A program made the translations under genes and the position numbers. This document shows, one piece after another, positions 14,220 to 27,439 of a DNA stretch of 64,000 bases (position 1 is its first letter; each line of letters opens with the position of its first letter). Below the pieces are notes generated by a model, which saw only the letters and a list, made by a program, of their open reading frames with translations, did no database searches and was not told where the DNA came from. This DNA comes from Hamiltosporidium tvaerminnensis FI-OER-3-3 (taxonomy: Eukaryota; Fungi; Microsporidia), in the NCBI GenBank assembly GCA_022605425.2, contig CM061255.1, positions 620,001-684,000 on the forward strand. The letters run 5' to 3'.

Positions 14220-17200
14220 TTATTTAATAAAATTCTGGGTTAACAAATTTTCTCTCGTTTAACTAATTTCTTCCATCACTTTAACCACTTTATTCTCTTT
14301 TTCTACATCCGACTTATCATTAATGTCTATCGTCGGTTCCTCTGGTCTGGTTACGTCATCTAAAATAAGGGGTAAAATATTTTTTGAATATACTTGTTTA
14401 ACACTATCTTCCTCGTTCTTCACTTCTTTTAAGGGGAGTGTTGGCTGTTTATGCATCTCAGCTCCTATAATAACACTTAATGACGCTCTCTCCCAGCTCT
14501 CTTCGGCACTTGGTCCTGACTCAATTCCTCTTCGTCGATCGAAGGAAATCATTTCGACTGTTTTCTTAAGTACTATGGACTGAATGTATGCCTCTACATT
14601 TATGGGTATTTGTAATCTTTTAAGATAAGTCTTATGGTATTTTGTCACAATACCGTCCCATGTTATCACATAAGGAATTATCTCTACACTACATTTGTAA
14701 ATAAAGCCCAGCTCATTTGCTAATAGGTCATACTTCCTAAGTTTCTCTGTTTCAACTATTTGAAGTGAGTCTTGGGAGGTGATTCCTACTTCAATGAGGG
14801 TAATCTTATTTCGTCTCTTGTCTAAAACGAATATATCTGGCCTATTATTTCGAATTTTGACATCAGTTTTTATTCTGGTGTCCACTCTTATCTCTGCATA
14901 CTCATTATCAAGAATTTCTTGAACTGAGTGGCTTCTGATTCGTTTTGAAGACTTGAATTTATATTTACTTAACAAGAGCAAATGTATACATCGTACCACT
15001 TCATTGTGTCGTCTAGTATAGTCATGACCAAGCATTTTTTCACATCTCGTTGCTAAATGGTCTACTGTTTTTCTAGACGTGTTGCAGTGTTGACACACAC
15101 CTTCTGCTCCCCAAAATACGTTTCTATCTTGGATATAGCAGAACACTGCTTCATCACGCGGTCTTACACTTCCTTTCTTTAACCATCTTGAGGAATCATT
15201 TACACTTACAAGCTCGTTGTTTCTAGCATTATTAACTTTGAATGTATTTTTCGTTTTTCTATTTCGTTATATAAGTTAGCTAGTTGAGCTTCATCTAATT
15301 TATTTTTAGATACCTCCTCTGCCATCCCGTATTTTACTTGTAAAAAGTCTTTTATTAGTGCAAGATGGGTTTTATTATCATTCTCCACCTTAAGGATTGC
15401 TGCTCTTCTGGTCGATGTTTCTTTAGATTTTTCCAGACAATCCAAGAGTTGCAGAAGCATATGTTCGCTTTTGAACTCAACACTATGAAGACCTCTCCTA
15501 AGTTCTGTTCTGGGAAGCTACAGACGCTCTTTACATCCTGGGCGAAGATGTATCTTGTTCTTTACTAAAACTGCACGTACTGCGTCATCCAACTTTGAGA
15601 AGTCGCCAGGTTCAAGTCGAAGTACACCTATATGATAGTTTATTAGAGATATCGCAGGTTGATTGATAGCTTGAAATAAATTTCTTGCATTCAATCTCGT
15701 GCGGCAAAGTCTCTCTACCCTCGCTATAAGTTTGGTTTGTACTTCCTCAAACGACTTACGTGTTGGAATTCCTCTGCTATCTTCTATTATTCCGAGGTAT
15801 TTGTAAACACCTATTCCTTCAAGAAGAGTAGCAGTATTCTCACAACACGAATCATTTGTGCCGACTTCTCTCTGTTTATTTCTAATCCTGTATTTTTCAT
15901 AAACATTTTTACCTCCTCCGTCATCTTTTCAAGCGTTGTTCCATCTTTGGCAAAGAGCTTAAGATCATCAATGAACAAGAGATGATTGGTAGAGTGGGAT
16001 GCATCCTCCGTTTGTATTGTCACCTTTGCGTATTCTTCATTGAGTTTACGGCTCAATGGATCCATACACAGCACAAACAATAAGGGTGACAAACTATCTC
16101 CCTGTAGAATCCCTTTATCAATCTTCTTGTTCATAATTTTTTCAGACCCTACCGAAATATCAATTTTCCATTTTGATATTGTTACCTAGATAAATTTCAG
16201 GATCCAATCAGGTAAATTAAGGTTTTCGATGACTTGTGTCAAATAAGCATGATCTATTGAATTATACGCTTTTTTGAACTCTATCCACGTTGCCTTAAGA
16301 TTGTTTCCATACTCTTTATTAATAGCAACATTTAGCAGGGCCTGATCCTTAGCTCCTTGCACACCTCTCACTGCACCCAATTGATTATCTGCTAGTAACC
16401 CTCGCCTTTCTACCTCAAGCTGAACAACTTTTGTAACACACTTTGTCGTCAGCTTGTAAAGGTTTGACATACAAGTTATTGGCCTATAGTCGGAGCCTTT
16501 TTGTGGTACGCTTTTTGGAATGAGATACGTTAGCCCATGATAAAACCAATTAGCTTGTGGTGTTCCTTCAAAACATATGGCTTTCACAATATCATAAAGA
16601 TACTTGTGAAGAGTCGTAAGTTTCTTGATATAAAAATTGTAGATCCCATTAATTCCGGCAGCTTTCCAGTTAGGAAGCCAATTGATAATATCTACAAATT
16701 CATTAAGTGAAGGAAACGTGACCTGGTGAGTATCCGGCACGAAAGGTATCAGATACTCATCATACGTAACTATTTCATTATTTTTGTTCCACATTGTGGA
16801 CCAAAAACTTACAATTTCGTCACGATTAACCACATGCTCGGATTCCACACGCTCGACAGGCCACGATAATATCTACCTCGGAACAACTCAAACATACGAT
16901 TCTCTTTTCGGAATTGCTTCCTACTTTCGTACATTGTAAGTTTTTTTTCGTAAACAGTTATCAGCTCATTCTTCTTAACTACAGCCTCCGATAGATCATT
17001 TGTTTTGTTTAGGTCTAAATTAAACACTCGCATAATTTTTTTAAGACTTTTAGTTTGAGAAGAGGAGAGTTCTTCCCGTCTACGTGCTTTCTCGAGGATA
17101 TCTTTTGAAAGTTTTAACACTGAAATTTTACTCTCAATGCTTTCTTTTTACGCTGATCTTGGCCTCTCTTTACGTGTTTCATCGTCATAACATACCTGTG

Positions 17201-18011
17201 CTGTCTGGATAATTCAGGCAACGTCTGTTATCGTCATAGGTACATGAGAGACAGCATATTCACCGACTATTCGATTAATAAGATCAAGAACTGTAGTGTC
17301 AACCGATTCATTTGGAAGCTTTCGAGTTCGGACTACTACTTTTCCGATTTCCTCCTCAGATATTTTTTTGATATTACTCAAGTATTTTTCTCTCAGGCTT
17401 ATAAATCGAGTAGCATCGGTCAAGGAACATGGCTCGGCGAGACAAGTGGCGATTCGACGTCGCTCTCCATTCTCTTCCTGCCTAATTTCCTCTTCCGTCT
17501 TATTGTGTGCCATTCTTTTTAGCACATCGATAGTTTCGGTACATGAGAACTTCTCATTATAGTAGCTCTGTATCTCTTTCCATCCATTTCTAGGCATTCG
17601 GTCAAACCTTGTTTGTACTGCAAAAAGAACACATCGAATAAATTCTTGACTCTCGGCCTCTATAGATCTGAGTATGGATCGGAGTACAACGAGCCTTTCG
17701 GAAATAGGTATGGTACAAAGGTTTGGCCAACTAGCAGCTATATCTGGCCTAGGGGTCACGGTGCTTGAATGCATAGGGTTAGATGGCGAGTGTATGGTGT
17801 TAAGCAAGCATACCTTTGTGTTTGTGTTTGCTTCGCTTGGTGGTATAGAAATGTTATTTATGATGGTGGATGGTGTGTATGAGCTTGGCTGTGGAATTCC
17901 CTGGTCGTTTTTACACTCTCTAATTACCCCATCCACTTCACTTGCCCTGTTTGCAGCCTTTATTATTTTTTCTTTTTGTTTTTCGCTGCCTACATATTTT
18001 CTTATACCCAT
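14220..18011 (-). mobile_element. Non-LTR retrotransposon (RLE type), copy 2, full-length, frameshifted
   Basis: ORF pieces give WKAAGING, YRPITC, QLGA, GILQGDSLSPLLF, LFIDDL, CQHC..HLATRC, RRHNEVV, RPDI..IEVG..KLRKY. Direct repeat tattgtttcaat at 14208-14219 and 18012-18023 (TSD). Confidence 0.96.
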
Positions 18012-18144
18012 TATTGTTTCAATATTTTTATATCATTTTAATTGCTTATTATAAAAAATAAGTAAATTTCTTGTTGATTTATATAGTTTTTAAAGGTAAA
18101 AGCGAATTATTTTAAATCCATCTTTCTAATTTATAGAGTTGAAA

Positions 18145-18875
18145 CTTTATTTAAAAGTATCAAACCTTCTTTAAAATAGTGGCAAGTGTTATATTTGTTT
18201 TCATGACATTAACGCAGTTCTAGGTTTAACATAAATAACTGCTACCCCAAAACTCCATCAGTAACCCCTGCGATACCTACGTCTCAAAGCTTTTTATTTA
18301 CTAGGTGAGTAGAACCTAATTTCTACGCGAGGAATTTGCCCGGGTTCCGTTATGTTCCGTTGCATGGAGTGTGATCGAAGGCCGAAGCCCCCCCTTGGGC
18401 TCCCCTAAGACCATGCAGCATTCTTACTTACTCTACACTTTCTGAACCCAATAAACTTCTAGCTAAGATATATTTCAGAGATTTGCATGGGGTCCACCTA
18501 GATAGTGCAATGTCATACCAACAGGTATAACCTGCTACTTAGCTTTCCTGGATTAAATGGTTTTTTGTTTTGTATCTCCCAGGCGCTAAGTCTTCTAACC
18601 CGAGTGAGCAAGGCTAGGTTTCCATGCTTTTACATGGCAATTACCTACATGTTCAGCTGCGCTATGCAATCTGGTTACGTAAAAAAACTACAAATAAATT
18701 TATAAAAAAGGTTTCTTCATTTCGTAGAATTCTTCTCTTCATAATAACTCCCATGGAACAACCGAAGATGTAGTGTGGTTGTATTCCCACCAAAAATCCA
18801 AACAATGATCTTCACGCCAGATTCACACACTCATTGCCAAGCAGAAAGTTTTTTATGTGGTTATCCTCCCTCCAC
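18145..18875 (-). mobile_element. ~730-nt structured non-coding repeat, well-preserved copy
   Basis: Reverse complement closely matches 35999-36729 end to end. Confidence 0.95.
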
Positions 18876-19024
18876 AATTATTTCAACAAAAAAATTTATT
18901 TGTAAGTATCTGACTTTAAAAGTTTAAAATATAATTATAATAAAAAAAATATTTCTCGCAAGTTTAATGTATAACCAAGCTCGATTTTCAATTTATTTGA
19001 ATGTTGAAAATATCTAATAATTTC

Positions 19025-19040
19025 TTACCCATAAAGTTAA
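19025..19040 (+). promoter_or_regulatory. Microsporidian-type CCC motif upstream of start (representative example)
   Basis: ttaccc before GPI8. Similar CCC/GGG motifs within ~20 nt of the starts of U2, NSE2, RFC, eIF5A, SPF1 (ccc) and SUN (ggg), all in AT-rich context. Confidence 0.65.
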
Positions 19041-19841
19041 ATGAAATATAAAATCTTTTTTCTAATTAAATATGTTCTTACAAAAAATATAGCAATTCTA
19101 ATAAATGGATCTCGCTATTTTCACAATTACAGGCATACCTCGAACATCTTAGCATTTTATTCCGCATTAAAACAAAATGGATTTGAAGATACTGAAATAT
19201 TAATTGTTTCTTATGAAGATATCACGAAAGATCCAAGAAATATTTATGACAAAATATATTTTAACCCAAAAAAACATTTTGAGAAAATAGATATTATTCC
19301 TTTCAATTTAACTATAAATAACATTTTAAATGTTCTTTACTGTAAAAATAGCAAACTCTATGACTTGAATGAAACTTCGAATGTATTTATTTATATGTGT
19401 GGGCATGGCGGAGAGGGATATATTAAATTATGTAATAGAGAATATCTTTTATATCCAGATATAAAAAAGGCAATAATGTATCTATGCAAGAGGGTTGGTA
19501 AGGTTTTGTTTATAAATGATACCTGCCAAGCCGAAAGCATCTTCGATAGTTTATATCAAATTGACAATCTTTATTTGGTAGCTTCTAGCGAAAGAAATGA
19601 ACCATCAATATCTACACAAAATTGTTCTAATATTGGACCTTCTTTAATAGATAATTTTCCTTATAAGTTTCTAGAGATCATTGATAACTGTATAAGTTTA
19701 GACTTAAATGTTTTTTTTGATTTGTTTGATTTTGAAAGTGTAATGTCCCATGTAATCCATAGCAATGATTCAAGATTTAAAGTCAAAGACTTTTTTGTGC
19801 AAAGAAGAGAAAAAGAACTTTTTCTTTTTATGGATGTATAA
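19041..19841 (+). CDS. GPI8: GPI-anchor transamidase catalytic subunit (peptidase C13)
   Basis: Signal peptide, SRYFHNYRH, catalytic YMCGHGG and DTCQA motifs; ccc motif upstream. Confidence 0.92.
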   Translation: MKYKIFFLIKYVLTKNIAILINGSRYFHNYRHTSNILAFYSALKQNGFEDTEILIVSYEDITKDPRNIYDKIYFNPKKHFEKIDIIPFNLTINNILNVLYCKNSKLYDLNETSNVFIYMCGHGGEGYIKLCNREYLLYPDIKKAIMYLCKRVGKVLFINDTCQAESIFDSLYQIDNLYLVASSERNEPSISTQNCSNIGPSLIDNFPYKFLEIIDNCISLDLNVFFDLFDFESVMSHVIHSNDSRFKVKDFFVQRREKELFLFMDV

Positions 19842-22800
19842 ATTTATTTTTCTTACTAGATAATTAAATTATTAAACTATTTTCAAATTGTAAAACAAAA
19901 TTTTCTTTGCTTGAATTGCCAGAAGTTGATTTTAAGAGATTTTTTTTATAAGTAATTCAAAAAATAATTTTTGAAATAATTTTACCCTTTTTAGGAGTTC
20001 AAAATTTTTTAGATTATCTTAATGCATACCTTGGAGCAATTTGACTAGGAAAAAGTATATTTTTGTTAAACATGGGTAGTATTTGCAACAATCTTTCAAT
20101 AAAGAAAATATACCCTGTTTTGAGGCGCAAAATACATGTTAGCAAAAAAAACTTAAACAGTTTATTTCTGATACCATGAAATTTTTTCTGCATTAAAATA
20201 ATATAAATATCAGTTCAAAGATATTTTTTTGCAACTAGTATATTAAAATTCTATAAATATAGAAAAGATGCCAAATGTCTAGTGGTGAGGATATCGAAAT
20301 TTACTTCCGAATAGTCGGGTTTGATTCTCCGGTTTATGCATTCTATATCCTCCGTTTGGAAAGTTTGCGTGAAGCTGACAAACTAACCAATCAAAAGAAA
20401 ATTGTATTTAAACGCCTACAACTTGACGAAGCTATGATTCATCCTTGGATTGTGTTTTATCCGCAGGGAAAGAGCGAGCTATTAAATAAATATAATATAC
20501 AGAAAGGTGCAAGATTAATCTGGCTTTTTCAATGGTAAAAATCACAGAGAAATGCAATATTATGAAATTAATCCGCACATGTATTCAACTAAGTCGGGAA
20601 TGAAAGGGGTAAAAAACACATCTCTTAGAATTAAAATTAAAGTCAAACAAGAAGTACAAAGTTGGTAAAATGTGAACAATATAAGAGAGATCGTTAGGAA
20701 AATAATGTAAAATCAAGTTGTTTTGATAATTTGATCTCTGAAAAAATGATTTATATATCCGTTATTTGTTTGACTAAGCCACTAGAAACAATTTATAATC
20801 TATTGTTACGAGAATATAATTGCATCTCAGCATATATCTTAGATTGATTTACAAAGAGATATTGTTATTTAATTTTTAATTAATTCAGGGTGTTTCAAAC
20901 GTCAACCGCATGCCCACTCTGACCTGCTGATACATTTTATCCGACCTGATACGATGTATCGGGCATTGTTTTCATGTGTGAAAGAACATTTTCATTTATT
21001 TATATTTTGTTTTAAAGGCCACAATTAATTAAAAGTAAATAAATTATGCAAAACTTATTATTTGGTTTCGACTATTTTTTTATTAAATTATTTATATTTT
21101 TGTACCATTTTATACGGAACAACTACATGATATGACACAAAATGCGAGGCATAATTTATTGTCTATAAGATTGATATAGTTGGGGTTTTTATCGATTAGG
21201 TTATGACATTGTAAGTATAATCTACCGTATAAATTATACAAAACGACTTCAAGAGTTTATTTGTAAATTTGTCATTAATTTTTTTGTGTATTTCATTTTA
21301 GAGAATCTTTTTTTCATATAGTTAGGCAAATTTTAAAAGGAAAAAAACTTTCGAGCGAACTAATGAATTAATTTAATTAATGGTTGAAAAACCCTGATAA
21401 TTCTGGCATTGATTTTATACTTACAATAAAAATATTGAAACAAAAGATTTTAATTTTCTTGAACATCTGGATGATATTTAAATATTTAATTGACATATTG
21501 ATAATTAAGATTGAAGAGATATTTTTCAGTGCATATAGATAAATTTATTTATTGTTAACCCTCGAGATTTTTAGGAAAGTTTATATGACCAGCAGAAAAA
21601 AATTTGACAACTTTTAATATAGAATACTAATTTTGGAATCTCAATATCACCATTTATTGTTTGATCGGCGCAGCCTATTAAAATAAAATTAAGTTTAAGG
21701 CATATAAATATAATATAGCTATGTTACAAGATGTAACTCTTTTTGTAGAAAACGTTCTTTCAGCTATTTATTTATCGATGCCTCATCTCTAGCAACCAAA
21801 TATTTAGTTAATTTGCATTTAAATATTTTTTTTAAAATATTGGTTTAGATAATTAATATTTTAGCTTTGATCTGTCTATGCCTTAATTACGATACACATA
21901 TTTCGATTTTTGGCAATAGACGTAAATACGTCACATAATAGCTGTTATTACTTCTTTTTGGCAAAATATTTAATTGAAACTTGTATATAGGGTACCCTTG
22001 CGGTATTCAATATCTTTCGGGTTCGTATTGTTGGCCTAGATATATTTTTCTATGTTTCCATTCGTATATATAACAAGTGGTTTTTATTGTGGATGTGTAA
22101 CGGCTGGATGATTACGTGTACACTTGCCACCTTCCGTGTGGGCTGTATACAGTGCATGTCTTTTAGAATCAACGAAAAGTTGCCAGTCAATTCGGCCTTT
22201 CGTCTGTTTTCTAAAGGTACACATTGTTCGGTTTTCTAACATTGTGTATTTGCGAGTTTATTTGCACAAATCCCTGTCACCTTATCTATCTTTTATTTTC
22301 CTTCAAGTTCTCATTAAACTTGTTTGTTTTTTTTGTGAGTTTTGAATTTTTTTAAATCGAGCATACATATCTGGAGTTTTGTATATATTACGTTTGACGG
22401 CAAAAGTAATGGTGGATTTAATGTTGTGTGTTTGCCATAAAAGTTATGTGGATTATAGAGTATGAGTATCTTAAGCGTAGTATAATTGTTGAATTGATCG
22501 TTTGGTTTAATTTAAGAAATGAATTTGAATGAGTGTGCCGTATAATGAAGCCCCCTCATCTACTTGAGTAACTATGTTAAATTTGATTCATGGTTTGCAA
22601 AAAAACACAATGATATGTGTAAATTTTTGTTTATAATTATGTATTTGTACATAAAAGGCAAAAAAAATCTATTATGATAAGTTGCAAATGAATGCAGATT
22701 GTATATGTATTTGGCTTAGATATTATAGAGAGGTTTATTTGGGTTTTTATTTGAGCAAGCCAGATATGATTTGTGGCATAGGCGAAATTACCTAGACTGA

Positions 22801-24195
22801 TACGAATAACTTCGGTGAGTGCAAATATTTAAAGGTGAATATAGGAATGATGAATGAGTTTTTAGAAGAATTAAGATAAATGAATACATGATTCCCTTAT
22901 GTTTTTGTAAAAACGAATCGAGTGATACTTTTAAATATACAGCGATTAGTCTACCGAAAAAGGCCATCTTCTCAGATAGTCTGAAGTCTTATGATATCTC
23001 AAAATATGAGAGAGTAGCATTTGACGCTCACCTATTCTATTTTTTAAAACCTAAAGACCGATGTACATCCAAATTGCATCAAAAAACTATGGAAAGCCGT
23101 CAAAAAAGGTATTCTGGGCCACTGCGTGACAGTCAAGTTTAATTAGAACTTTGGCAAGTTTCGTTTTCTTAAGCCCCACATTTGAGGCGACTGTTTTGAG
23201 GAATCGTTCTTAGATGATATAAAGAAGCGTTTGTTCTAAAGAGTGGAAAGTTGGTTTGAAGCGCATGAAGGAAGAAAAGAAAAGTTGGATGAAAAAGTGG
23301 AAGGCACAAACCACGATTAAATTTAAGGTTTTTAGCTTCATTGTTAGGCTTTGATTCTTATCAAGGAGAAGGATTTAATAAATAATGGAAAGTTTTTATA
23401 ATCGTACAAATATTCTAAAAAAGTATGTAAATGTGTATTTTGGCTAAACACTGTTATTTTATTCAAATTAGATGTATTATATCACTACTGGCCGCATGTT
23501 CTTTTGATATATTTGACCGGTTGTGTTATATAGATTGTACAAAAGAGGTATACTAGTGCCGAATTTTACTAATCTCTTCTATTTAGAACATATATTCAGC
23601 TTTAATTTCAATGAATACTAAGCTGACAGATTTAAAATTTTATATAAACTTGATTTGGACTTTTTTTCGATTCATAGTCTTTTTATTTGTAAATTATTCT
23701 TGTCTTCATCATATGATATCTTTAATGTTACTGTAGCAACAATTTTTTCATTAAAATATCCAGTGATACATCTTTGGAATAACCGTTATTCATATTAATG
23801 AGTTAAGAACTTATTGCCTAAAAATTTATTTGGTATTGATCCCCAAGTATTAATTTTAAACCTAAAGTGCACGAAATTATAGATTAAAAATTGAACCATA
23901 ATTTATTTATTACCTTTGACCAAATATGAATTTTGATTATTCATCTTTCGCTGTTTTGTTCGATATGATTTGAAAAAAAAAATTTGGTATATTTTTTATA
24001 ATATAAAATATTATGATAGGATATGAAACTTACATCTGGGTTAATGTTTGAAACACGTTAGACTAGAATTTAATCCAAGGTCTTAATACAAATTATCCTG
24101 AATAATAATTGAAAAAGAATATGTTAGGGGAAAGTGAAAGTATAATTGATGGAAGAAAGTAAGTCAAAGAATATAAATATTAGAAAAGTAGTTTA

Positions 24196-26451
24196 TTACG
24201 ATTCGATATAATACGATTCGAATTTTTTCAAATTGTTTTTAACCATTACAAAAATATTTGAATGGTTCGTATAAAACGCATAAGATTTTTTTTTTAATGC
24301 AATGTTCCAGATTAACTGCCATAAATATATATTTCTTAGCGGTGTATTTTTTTTGGAAGACATTCCAGCATCAGAATCTGGTACTTCCTCTAATATTTTT
24401 TTAATTCTTTTCCTTAATTCCTGAATTTCTGGGCCTTTATCGCTTATTTCTCCGTAGTCCTTTATGAATGATTTGATACATTCCGTTACAGTACTAAAGG
24501 AATCAATATTATTTTGAATAAAATATTCAAATTTGTCATTGTAAAAATCAATTTCGTTGTTTTTCCGACATTTTATGATATATATAACGAAAGAAGCAAA
24601 TTCTTTAAGTTGGCACTCATCGAATGAAAATAAATCGTCTAATACTATGGCTATTAAAGCAGGTATTTGTATGCTAAACATCGATCTCCGGTAATAGTTT
24701 AAACTATTAGTTTTAAAAAAGTAACGAAGAAAATTTAGCAATCCATAACTGTCTGCTTTAATTTCGTGGTTTTTTAAATTCCGTAAAAGTTTCTCAAACA
24801 AAAGTCCAACATTAAAAGCCGCGGTACTAATTCGCTCTTTTGAATTATCATAATATGCATAGTTAGGATCACAAAAGAAATCATCATAATTCGTTTTGGG
24901 TAAGTATACGCATAACGCGTTTAAAAGAAAAATAGTAGAAACTACATAATGTTGTATAACCTCTACCTTATTTTTTTCATATAAATCCATAAAAAACATT
25001 ATTTCATAAACTGTATTTATTTGCATACATTCTTTAAGTTTTTTGAACAGGTTTTCTATTTTAGGTAATTTCAAAGTTTCCACTATTTCAGTCATATTTT
25101 TATTGCCAAAAAGTTTTTCTTCATAGTTTACAAAGCTTAAACATGTATTAAATATAAAAGATATATCATCAGAGCTATCAATTTCAACTTGAAAAATTGC
25201 TTTCTCAACTAAAGCCTTAAAATCATTGGTTGAAAAATTCGAATCGTAGAAATTTAATTCGTTTTGTGTATTTGAAGTTCCATTTTTCGAAAATATTTTT
25301 AAAATTATGCTTTTTATGCTTTCTATGGCAAATTTGTAAAGCACAATGACTTTTTTTATATTTCCTGATGATTCACTCTCGAGTAGACTGGTGGAACTGT
25401 TACCCATATTTGGAGAGAATATTTCTCTTAGATTGCCTTCATCATTTAAATCGCTTTCCTTTAGAAATTTTAGAAGGTCTTCATATTTTCTTTGCATAGA
25501 ATTTAATTTTTCTAAAGATTCAATTTTAGTTGGTTTAAATCGCCGCATTGATAATTCTCGTTTATATTTTTCTTTTTTTATTCTTAATCTAGAATTTAAG
25601 TCAAGTGAATATAATAATTCTGAATTATCAGCAACAGCAATATATTTATCTGTACAGTGGGAAAATGAAGAAGCAGTATTTTCCACTTCTAAGTATTCTT
25701 TAGGCGAACTCACTTCAGTGATGTTTTGATCTGAGTTACTGCTCACATCTAAAGATTCTGCCCTGCATGGTACATTTTGGTCTTCTAAAACGCTTAAAAT
25801 TGGAGGGCTTAAATTAAAGACGTCAATATCATCTGAATTATTATCAACACTAATATATTCCGATTCACTATCGTTGGTAATATTTATTTGTGAGTAAGAA
25901 TCTTGTTGTTCAGAGAGGGAACATATCATCTGGGAATCGTCGTTGTTTCCTTGTGGAAGTGTTACCTCGGTAGTAGAATGTGTAAATGACTCCACCTGAC
26001 CATGTGAAGCTAAATCTATACTTTGTAGAGGCTGATTTGTGTGTAGGGGATTCGTACTACTTCCTATGAATAAATTGCCGGCTGTAAATGTTGAATGCGT
26101 AAAAGAATTAAAAGGTTGAAGAACATGATTTTGCCCGTACAATGTTTGCACTGAAGGTGGATATAAAAATTGATCATAAGTGGTATAGTATGGAGGCATA
26201 CCATGTACTAACGTTGGCCATAAATCTGAATGGTATGGATAAACTGGCATGATTTGGCCTAGAATATTCTGATAAATCAGCCCATTGTTCTGATCGATGT
26301 AAAAAGTATTGTTTCCTATGGAATTTGCTGGTAAAACCGATTCAGCGGTCTGATTTTGATCGAAATCCGGTTCCCTATATGATGCTATTACAATCTTCAA
26401 TAGAACAAATGAATAATAACGGAAAAAATATATTTTGCGACTCATAATCAT
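24196..26451 (-). CDS. Hypothetical secreted protein, 751 aa
   Basis: Long ORF with hydrophobic N-terminus, a Q/P/Y-rich then S/D/E-rich region, and an apparently helical C-terminal half. No family recognised. Confidence 0.8.
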   Translation of the reverse strand: MIMSRKIYFFRYYSFVLLKIVIASYREPDFDQNQTAESVLPANSIGNNTFYIDQNNGLIYQNILGQIMPVYPYHSDLWPTLVHGMPPYYTTYDQFLYPPSVQTLYGQNHVLQPFNSFTHSTFTAGNLFIGSSTNPLHTNQPLQSIDLASHGQVESFTHSTTEVTLPQGNNDDSQMICSLSEQQDSYSQINITNDSESEYISVDNNSDDIDVFNLSPPILSVLEDQNVPCRAESLDVSSNSDQNITEVSSPKEYLEVENTASSFSHCTDKYIAVADNSELLYSLDLNSRLRIKKEKYKRELSMRRFKPTKIESLEKLNSMQRKYEDLLKFLKESDLNDEGNLREIFSPNMGNSSTSLLESESSGNIKKVIVLYKFAIESIKSIILKIFSKNGTSNTQNELNFYDSNFSTNDFKALVEKAIFQVEIDSSDDISFIFNTCLSFVNYEEKLFGNKNMTEIVETLKLPKIENLFKKLKECMQINTVYEIMFFMDLYEKNKVEVIQHYVVSTIFLLNALCVYLPKTNYDDFFCDPNYAYYDNSKERISTAAFNVGLLFEKLLRNLKNHEIKADSYGLLNFLRYFFKTNSLNYYRRSMFSIQIPALIAIVLDDLFSFDECQLKEFASFVIYIIKCRKNNEIDFYNDKFEYFIQNNIDSFSTVTECIKSFIKDYGEISDKGPEIQELRKRIKKILEEVPDSDAGMSSKKNTPLRNIYLWQLIWNIALKKKSYAFYTNHSNIFVMVKNNLKKFESYYIES

Positions 26452-27439
26452 AATAAGGATTATATATTTTGTGATTTTTATTTATCAAAAAAATTGAAAA
26501 AAACCAAAAAAAATTAAATAAATTAAAAAAAATTATAAAATTTAAAAAAATATAAATTTGATGGAATTCTGAGTGAAGTTAATTACTTCTTTAAAATAAT
26601 CTTTTCAAAATTCTAGCAACTTGCTTCTCTTCCTCGTAATTTTCCAAATTATTTTTTTATATTTATTGTAGGCTCAACTTATGTGATTCGATATAGAATG
26701 ATGAGATATACCATTTTTTACGATTTCAACACCATCTTCGTGGCTACTTATTCGTTATAAAGCGGTTATCGTTTTTTCATGTTTTCAACTCTTTAAATAA
26801 CACGCTTAAAAACCTATTGTTCACTTCGGAAGTTGATCTCGATTAAAATCTATCTAGATGATCCAAAAGAATTGTTTTGACAGTCTTCTTAGGTTATAAA
26901 CAAAATATCCTCTGTATTCCTAAATATTTAAAGTCTTATACAGTATTTCTTACAATATTTAATCATAAAATAATCCCAAGTTATCACATAGAACCTAATC
27001 TCAACACGTTAAATAAATATTTTATATTTTATTTTATTGTCATAAAATTGTTAAAGTTAGTTGTTTTTTTATACAAATCCCTTCCTATTAAAGAAAAAAT
27101 AGTAGCTATCATGATTTTTACAATATTTTTTTTTAATTTATAAATTTTTCTTTCTGGTGTATTCGACCAATTTTCCAATAAACAAAATATAGAATTAAAT
27201 TCTTTAAAAAACCTAAATATTGATATTAACGCCAATAAAACACACATATCTTATTCGCCATGCAATATTACTTTTTAAAAAAGATTTATAATATTGACGG
27301 CTTTGTTTTCTTAACTTAAAATTCTGTATTCCTTGTTTCTCACCTGATTAAAAACCAGTATAACAAAATTAATTCCTTAAGAAATATTTCTAGCAGAAAA
27401 TCACTAATTTTTAACATTTTTTTAATTTAAAACACACAC

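Noticed and set aside
20270-23400. Possible decayed transposon or pseudogene remnants (also ~6700-7650 and ~37200-37600)
   Set aside because: Slightly higher GC and short ORFs, but no motif I can assign. TBLASTX would be needed.
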